A DNA stretch of 20,000 bases from the IMG/VR virus record IMGVR_UViG_3300005607_000414, one strand, 5' to 3'. The position numbers were made by a program, and so were the translations under genes. The notes under the pieces were generated by a model. It ran no database searches. It had not been told where the DNA came from and saw only the letters and a program-made list of their open reading frames with translations. Source of the stretch: an uncultured virus (IMG/VR IMGVR_UViG_3300005607_000414). Taxonomy: Duplodnaviria; Heunggongvirae; Uroviricota; Caudoviricetes. Positions 15,232 through 20,000 of this stretch are shown here, piece by piece (the stretch's first letter is position 1; the number at the start of each line of letters is the position of its first letter).

Positions 15232-15515
15232 GGCCACGGGACCGCCGGCCCGGTGCGGTGCTCGAAGAACTCGCCATGCAGCCGCCGTGCGAACTCAATC
15301 GCGTGGGCGCGGTCGAGGTTGTACTGCTTGACGGTCGGGCAAAGCAGGATTCGGCACGCCAGCTTCTCGCGTTCGCCCGCCTCGATTAATCGGTGACACA
15401 CCTCGCACGCCAGCCAGTCGCCGACGCTCCGGCCCTTGAGCGTGGCTTTGGCATCGAACGTCCGCGCGGGATAAGACCAGGCCGGGGCGGGCGAGGAACA
15501 GAAGTCGCAGGTCAA
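15228..15515 (-). CDS. Hypothetical Zn-binding protein (CDFC...WLACEVC)
   Basis: Probable TTG start at 15515 with a GGAGG RBS, overlapping the upstream stop. Confidence 0.65.
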   Translation of the reverse strand: MTCDFCSSPAPAWSYPARTFDAKATLKGRSVGDWLACEVCHRLIEAGEREKLACRILLCPTVKQYNLDRAHAIEFARRLHGEFFEHRTGPAVPWP

Positions 15516-15847
15516 TTCGCCCTCCTGGGTTTGGGCTTCTTCCCGCTGCGCAGCCATTCGACGTTCTCCTGGTTGGTTGTTGGGTCGCCCTTGGATTCGG
15601 TCGTCAACTCGGGCGGCTTCTCCATCAGTTTGTCGGTGTACGCCATCAATTCTCGCTGGTCGTCAGGCGTCGGCGGCATGTACCACTCGGTAAAGAACGC
15701 GATCCGCGTCTGGTTGGTCTCGGCGTCATACGTCATCGCAGGCCAGAACCGAACGTAATTGCCCGATGCCAGTTCGCCGACCACGCCGCCGAGCACCTGT
15801 TCGGCTCCGTCAATCTCGCGCGGAGGAAGTGATCCTATGATCCGCAT
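15512..15847 (-). CDS. Hypothetical protein (111 aa)
   Basis: AGGAGG RBS; part of the coupled gene run. Confidence 0.7.
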   Translation of the reverse strand: MRIIGSLPPREIDGAEQVLGGVVGELASGNYVRFWPAMTYDAETNQTRIAFFTEWYMPPTPDDQRELMAYTDKLMEKPPELTTESKGDPTTNQENVEWLRSGKKPKPRRAN

Positions 15848-15880
15848 ATCGGTTTCCTCCTGGCGGCCTCACGCAATGCC

Positions 15881-16117
15881 TCACGAGACAGAGTGGTCGT
15901 CATGACCGGTCACCTCCTCGAATCCCAGGAACGGCAGGTCTGCGCCCTTGATGCCGTGCAGCGCGATATAGTGCCGTTGCACCATCCAGGACCGTCCTTC
16001 GACGGTCACCCTGGTGTACTCGCCCAACTGCGCGATGAGCGCGCGGACCATGCGCTCGATCACCGGATCGGTGTAGTGTAGCGGGCGTCCGCAGTGGCAC
16101 ATCGCTTCAGGCGGCAT
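15881..16117 (-). CDS. Hypothetical protein (78 aa, CHCGRPLH)
   Basis: GGAGG RBS; overlaps the upstream gene end. Confidence 0.65.
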   Translation of the reverse strand: MPPEAMCHCGRPLHYTDPVIERMVRALIAQLGEYTRVTVEGRSWMVQRHYIALHGIKGADLPFLGFEEVTGHDDHSVS

Positions 16118-16349
16118 CCTGCCTCCATCGCTTCTTGACGTTTGCCCGCCGCACCGCGCTCAACTCCTCCGGCGTCAACCGCCGATAGTGCTTCCGATGA
16201 TACTCGGCCATATACTCCTTCTTGGCCTCGTCCCGGCAGGCCGCGCAGTACTTCTGACCGTGCCCACGGTGCCGCCCACAACGCGCACAGGGCCGCGACG
16301 TTGCGCCCGAGTATGGCCGGTGGCCCAGCAACGCGGACAACTCGGCCAT
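16107..16349 (-). CDS. Basic Zn-finger protein (CARC...YCAAC)
   Basis: ATG 16349 with GAGGA RBS; basic C-terminus LTPEELSAVRRANVKKRW. Confidence 0.6.
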   Translation of the reverse strand: MAELSALLGHRPYSGATSRPCARCGRHRGHGQKYCAACRDEAKKEYMAEYHRKHYRRLTPEELSAVRRANVKKRWRQDAA

Positions 16350-16366
16350 GCGGTCCTCAACCACGG

Positions 16367-16690
16367 CTACCTCGGCCTCCTGGATTTGTCGATCGCGATG
16401 GCCTTCTCCATGATTCCGACGATGGCATCCGCTGCCTCGTGTGGCAGCATCAGTTTGTGGAAGGCCGTCAACAGCAACGCCCGCCCCTGGTCGGAGTGCA
16501 TTGTGGCAACGGTCACGATGAACACCAGGATGTCGATATCCGTCTGGAGACATGCGATGGCCTTCTGCTTGGCGGCCTCCGCACGCTCGTCCACGATCTG
16601 CGTCTGAAGGCTCGCGATATACGACGCCACGAAGTCCACGAGCGCGGCGCGCGCCTCCTGGCTCAATGGGCGCGAGTACAGGGTCGTCAT
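16367..16690 (-). CDS. Hypothetical helical protein (107 aa)
   Basis: ATG 16690 in an ATGA overlap. Confidence 0.65.
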   Translation of the reverse strand: MTTLYSRPLSQEARAALVDFVASYIASLQTQIVDERAEAAKQKAIACLQTDIDILVFIVTVATMHSDQGRALLLTAFHKLMLPHEAADAIVGIMEKAIAIDKSRRPR

Positions 16691-16938
16691 GCCGCCATCC
16701 CGGCGCGCACCGCGTCGATGAGCATCTGCTCGATGCGCTGGATGGTCGCGCTCTTGCCTTTGGGGAACCACTCGGGCCGGTCCTCGACCTCGCGCAACCG
16801 GAAGAACATCATGGCCGCGTCGTCTGCCGTGATCCATCCGTACAGGTCCTCCCAGCCGTGCGCCTCGTAGCACGCTTTGATGCCGTCCTGCGCCTCCTGC
16901 GACAGCCCCGCAAAGTGGAACGCATCCTCACCCTTCAC
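16687..16938 (-). CDS. Hypothetical protein (83 aa)
   Basis: GTG 16938 with GGAGGAGG RBS. Confidence 0.65.
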   Translation of the reverse strand: MKGEDAFHFAGLSQEAQDGIKACYEAHGWEDLYGWITADDAAMMFFRLREVEDRPEWFPKGKSATIQRIEQMLIDAVRAGMAA

Positions 16939-17275
16939 GTTTGGCCTCCTCCGCGCCCAGAAAGATCCGCGACTGCTGCCGCAACTCGTCGATGGTGTAC
17001 GTTCCGCTGGTCCACAGGACGCCCTGGACAAAACCGATCCACCGATGCAGCTTGTCCTCCGGCCATCGGTCAACCTCCTGGACGGTGAGCATGCCCGGAT
17101 CAAGGTCCATCAGCATGTGGTCGATCATCCACAGCAGGTGATCGAACTCCGCGGTCACGCGCGCCCAACCGGCCAGGCCGGGCCGGTCCTGGAACCGCCG
17201 CGCGACCGCGTTGTACCGGCCTCGCAATTCGGCCTTGTAGTGATGGAGCAACTCCACAACCTGATCGCGGTTCAC
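16928..17275 (-). CDS. Hypothetical phage protein (DKLHRWIGFVQGVLW motif)
   Basis: GTG 17275 in a GTGA overlap with GAGGTGG RBS. Confidence 0.7.
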   Translation of the reverse strand: MNRDQVVELLHHYKAELRGRYNAVARRFQDRPGLAGWARVTAEFDHLLWMIDHMLMDLDPGMLTVQEVDRWPEDKLHRWIGFVQGVLWTSGTYTIDELRQQSRIFLGAEEAKREG

Positions 17276-17550
17276 GATTCCACCTCGTTCTCTCCCTCGA
17301 CCAGGAACTCCGTGTCCTCGACCGCCTCGGCGATATGGAAGCTCTCCCACGGCTCGTCCTCGACGCCCTCGGCGGGCTTCGGCAATAGGCCCGCCCGTAA
17401 CCGAATGAAGGCCTCGGCCAGCCCGTCTGGCGACCAGAGCCAGGAAGCGGGCACCACACACTTGACCCGCTCCTCACGGGTGGTGCCCTGCTGCTTCGCG
17501 TCATACGCCACGGTTATGATCGCGGCGCCCGTAAACTCCTTCATCTCCAT
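17272..17550 (-). CDS. Hypothetical acidic protein (92 aa)
   Basis: GGAGG RBS; coupled to both neighbours. Confidence 0.65.
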   Translation of the reverse strand: MEMKEFTGAAIITVAYDAKQQGTTREERVKCVVPASWLWSPDGLAEAFIRLRAGLLPKPAEGVEDEPWESFHIAEAVEDTEFLVEGENEVES

Positions 17551-17726
17551 TCGCCTCCGCAGTCAGGACACCGCCAGTGATCTATCCGGTCATGCTCGAC
17601 CATGCCAATTGCCCGGCTAAAGCGCGTCGCGCCGCCATAGGCGGGGCGATCCTTCTCGGGGATCGCCTCGCCGTCGAGATCGGCACCGCAATGTGGGCAC
17701 CGTTCTGGTGTGCGCCGTGGCGTCAC
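17541..17726 (-). CDS. Zn-ribbon protein (CPHC...WRCPDC, 61 aa)
   Basis: GTG 17726 in a GTGA overlap with AAGGA RBS. Confidence 0.65.
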   Translation of the reverse strand: MTPRRTPERCPHCGADLDGEAIPEKDRPAYGGATRFSRAIGMVEHDRIDHWRCPDCGGEWR

Positions 17727-18136
17727 GCCGCTTCCTTGCCTACCGCGCGCCGCTTGGCCATGTCCTTGTTGACCCGCCGCATCCTCTCGGCGGCGGCCTT
17801 CCGCATCGCGGGGGTCCATTGAACCTTCTTCTTGGCGGGCTTCGGTGCTTCCGTTGCGCCCGGTCTCGGCCCCTTGCCAGATCGGAACGCCGCCCACCGC
17901 TTCTTGAGTGCCGCCGCCTGCGGCGTGGCCCTCTGCTGTGCCTTCTTCCCGTTGGCCGCCCACCGCTTCCGTTGCGCTTCTGCGATCCGCGCCCGTCCGG
18001 CCGCGCTGATGTGCTTCCGCGCTGGCTTGGCATTGGTCAGTCCTAACTGCTCGCGCAACGCCGCCGCACGCGTCGCTAATAGGCGGCGCTCGATCTCGCA
18101 ATCCACCAGTTCGTTGAGTAACTGCTCCTTCGTCAT
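17723..18136 (-). CDS. Highly basic protein with coiled coil and repeated SAAGRARIAEAQRKRWA-type motifs
   Basis: ATG 18136 with AAGGAG RBS; three related K/R-RW or RM helical motifs. Confidence 0.75.
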   Translation of the reverse strand: MTKEQLLNELVDCEIERRLLATRAAALREQLGLTNAKPARKHISAAGRARIAEAQRKRWAANGKKAQQRATPQAAALKKRWAAFRSGKGPRPGATEAPKPAKKKVQWTPAMRKAAAERMRRVNKDMAKRRAVGKEAA

Positions 18137-18828
18137 TCCATCTCCTTCCGTGTGAGTACAAACATGCGGTCGTGCAAACCGATCCATTGGGGGATCGCCA
18201 CGACCTTCTCGATCCGCCAGTCCCGATCCACCGCCTCGTAGAACGCGTCGTCGCCGGTGCAGCCGCCCAACTCGCCCACGAAAATCACCGTCCGTCCCGC
18301 ATAGTTCGCCAAGCACCGCGAAGCCATCGGCAACTTGTACGGCGGCCAGCACAGAAACAGCGTGCGACGCGGGTGGAACCGCACCATCCCCGCGCCGCCA
18401 CGCCGCACCGGGAAGTAAGCGCCGCACTCCTTGACCCACCGGTGCCGCTTCTTTTTGGCTGTCCTCTGGCCCATGCGCGAGTCATACGCTACCACGTCGC
18501 CTCCGGCCTCGGTCGCCAGGCGTGCCCAATAGCCCGTGCCCGCGCCGATCTCGACCACCGGAGAATGCTCGACCAGTGTCTTGATCGCCTTCTCGTCGGG
18601 CACCGCCCAAGCCCACCGCTCGCAGGCATAATCGCGGGCGGCGAACTCGGCGATGCTGAAGGCCTTGACCACCACCTCATCCTTCACGTCCATCTGGATG
18701 CCCCACCGCTTGAGCGTGCCGAGGCTGGCGCGCGCTTGCTCCGGCGTGATCTTCAGCTTGTTGGGCAACTCCCGCCAGAGCTTCAACAGGTCGTTCGGAA
18801 ACGCGCTTGGGCTTGTGCCGTTCTTCAT
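18133..18828 (-). CDS. Class I SAM-dependent methyltransferase
   Basis: WAVP..AI, VVEIGAGTGYWA (motif I), VVAYD, LFLCWPP and FVGELGGCTGDD. Confidence 0.8.
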   Translation of the reverse strand: MKNGTSPSAFPNDLLKLWRELPNKLKITPEQARASLGTLKRWGIQMDVKDEVVVKAFSIAEFAARDYACERWAWAVPDEKAIKTLVEHSPVVEIGAGTGYWARLATEAGGDVVAYDSRMGQRTAKKKRHRWVKECGAYFPVRRGGAGMVRFHPRRTLFLCWPPYKLPMASRCLANYAGRTVIFVGELGGCTGDDAFYEAVDRDWRIEKVVAIPQWIGLHDRMFVLTRKEME

Positions 18829-19168
18829 GCAGCACCCTCACCGCATGCACCGTCTCCCAAGAGTTGATGGACGCCAGGAACAGTGTCGCCAGATGCGCGG
18901 TCTTGCTCTCCGTGTGGATCTTCCGCTCGCCGGGCTTCGGCTTCCTCACGCCACGAGCGATCCGCGCCAGCGCGAGGCGGTACTCCGAGGCGGGCGAGTG
19001 CTCGCCTCGTTCCCACTCCGAGATCATCCTGGGCAACGGGGCCGGGGTTCCGCGCCGGGCATGCCTGCTGATCTCGCGTGCCAGTTCCTCCTGGCTCCAG
19101 TCCTTGTGGCGGCGCAACTCGGCAATGGCGTCGCCAATGATCCGGTGCATCGATGCGATGTGCTTCAC
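18677..19168 (-). CDS. XRE-family HTH transcriptional regulator
   Basis: IGDAIAELRRHKDWSQEELAREI...MISEWERGEHSP; the 3' end overlaps the MTase gene. Confidence 0.75.
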   Translation of the reverse strand: MKHIASMHRIIGDAIAELRRHKDWSQEELAREISRHARRGTPAPLPRMISEWERGEHSPASEYRLALARIARGVRKPKPGERKIHTESKTAHLATLFLASINSWETVHAVRVLHEERHKPKRVSERPVEALAGVAQQAEDHAGASARQPRHAQAVGHPDGREG

Positions 19169-19211
19169 GTGTCAAACGAGGACCTCCGTGTTCCGGGCCG
19201 CCCACGTCGTT

Positions 19212-20000
19212 CTATGCGCGCGTCCCGACTCCGTTGCTGTGGTTCGTGCCGTTCAACTCGGCTTTGCGCCAGATCGTCTGACGCCTCCCGAAGTGCTCTT
19301 GCTCCTTGATCAACTCGCCTCGTTCATGGAGCGTCATCATGGCTTGCGCTATCGAGGCGCGCACGCGGACGCGTTCGTTGGAGTCGATCTGCCGCCCATT
19401 GGCCATGAGGGACAGAACGTCGTTGACCGTGAATGGGTCGTCGAACGTCTGCGTGGCCGCCAGGACGAGTTGCCGGGTGACCTGGACCCGCTCCGTTATG
19501 GCGTCTGGCGGCGCGGGCGCGACCGGCCTCGCTGGGGCCGGCGGCTCAACGGCTGGCAGCACGCCACGGAGGGCATCCTCTGTCGCCGGGTCGTCGGTGA
19601 ATGGCAGCAGCGCCTTGAGCATGTGGACCTTGCGCTCGTGCGCCTGCGCCTCGGCGAGGAGCTTCTCCTGGATCGCTTCCTCGCTGGCGATGGCGGCCTC
19701 GATACGTTCCTTTAGGGACTCCACCTTCGGCGGCGGCGGTGCTGGCTGCGGCGCGGTCGGAGGCGTGGGACGTTGTTGTTGCATCTTCCGTTCTCCTTCT
19801 TGGTTGGGGGTCTGATGGACGACGCCGAGGGCGTGGCGCAGGCTGGACAGATTGTTGCGCATGGACCTGTGGTCGCTGGGCGTCTTGGGGCTGGTGAACT
19901 TCTGTCCGTTGGGCAGGCGGTAAACGCGGTGCTTGTCGTCGCGTAACAGCACGGCACCGTGCTCGTCCAGGAGCCGATCAATCTCGGTTGCCGCGTTCAT
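19212..20000 (-). CDS. HicA-like N-terminal domain + coiled coil + C-terminal winged helix (start at the window edge)
   Basis: IDRLLDEHGAVLLRDDKHRVYRLPNGQKFTSPKTPSDHRSMRNNLSSLRH, then C-terminal PFTVNDVLSLM..SIAQAMMTLHERGELIK..GRRQTIWR. Confidence 0.7.
   Translation of the reverse strand: MNAATEIDRLLDEHGAVLLRDDKHRVYRLPNGQKFTSPKTPSDHRSMRNNLSSLRHALGVVHQTPNQEGERKMQQQRPTPPTAPQPAPPPPKVESLKERIEAAIASEEAIQEKLLAEAQAHERKVHMLKALLPFTDDPATEDALRGVLPAVEPPAPARPVAPAPPDAITERVQVTRQLVLAATQTFDDPFTVNDVLSLMANGRQIDSNERVRVRASIAQAMMTLHERGELIKEQEHFGRRQTIWRKAELNGTNHSNGVGTRA

Noticed and set aside
1..20000. Reverse transcriptase, DGR/retron, integrase or transposase
   Set aside because: No RT (YxDD with flanking motifs), recombinase or DDE signatures were recognised in any supported ORF.

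Overview
This window is a GC-rich temperate or lambda-like tailed phage (or prophage) segment, almost all on the minus strand. Basic proteins with SAAGRARIAEAQRKRWA and KKASKK motifs suggest an Acidobacteriota-like host, which is an inference. Reading right to left in the direction of transcription, 20000-14631 is a tightly coupled cluster of small accessory genes: a HicA-like/wHTH fusion, an XRE regulator, a SAM methyltransferase, a basic protein and several Zn-ribbon proteins. Next come a convergent tandem ribbon-helix-helix gene and a ~0.6 kb AT-richer non-coding region with iteron-like GGAC(C/T)CC repeats and an IHF-consensus site. These are followed by a KOW-domain gene, tRNA-Val(GAC), a probable late promoter and leader, a C2H2 zinc-finger gene, a candidate cos site and two ParB-DNA methyltransferase fusions. 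The left part is a lambda-type head module: terminase small and large subunits, gpW, portal, S49 protease/scaffold, decoration protein and major capsid. The most striking feature is three unrelated small genes each packaged between the same promoter/RBS motif and the same GCCGCCC terminator, which looks like a modular gene-cassette system.
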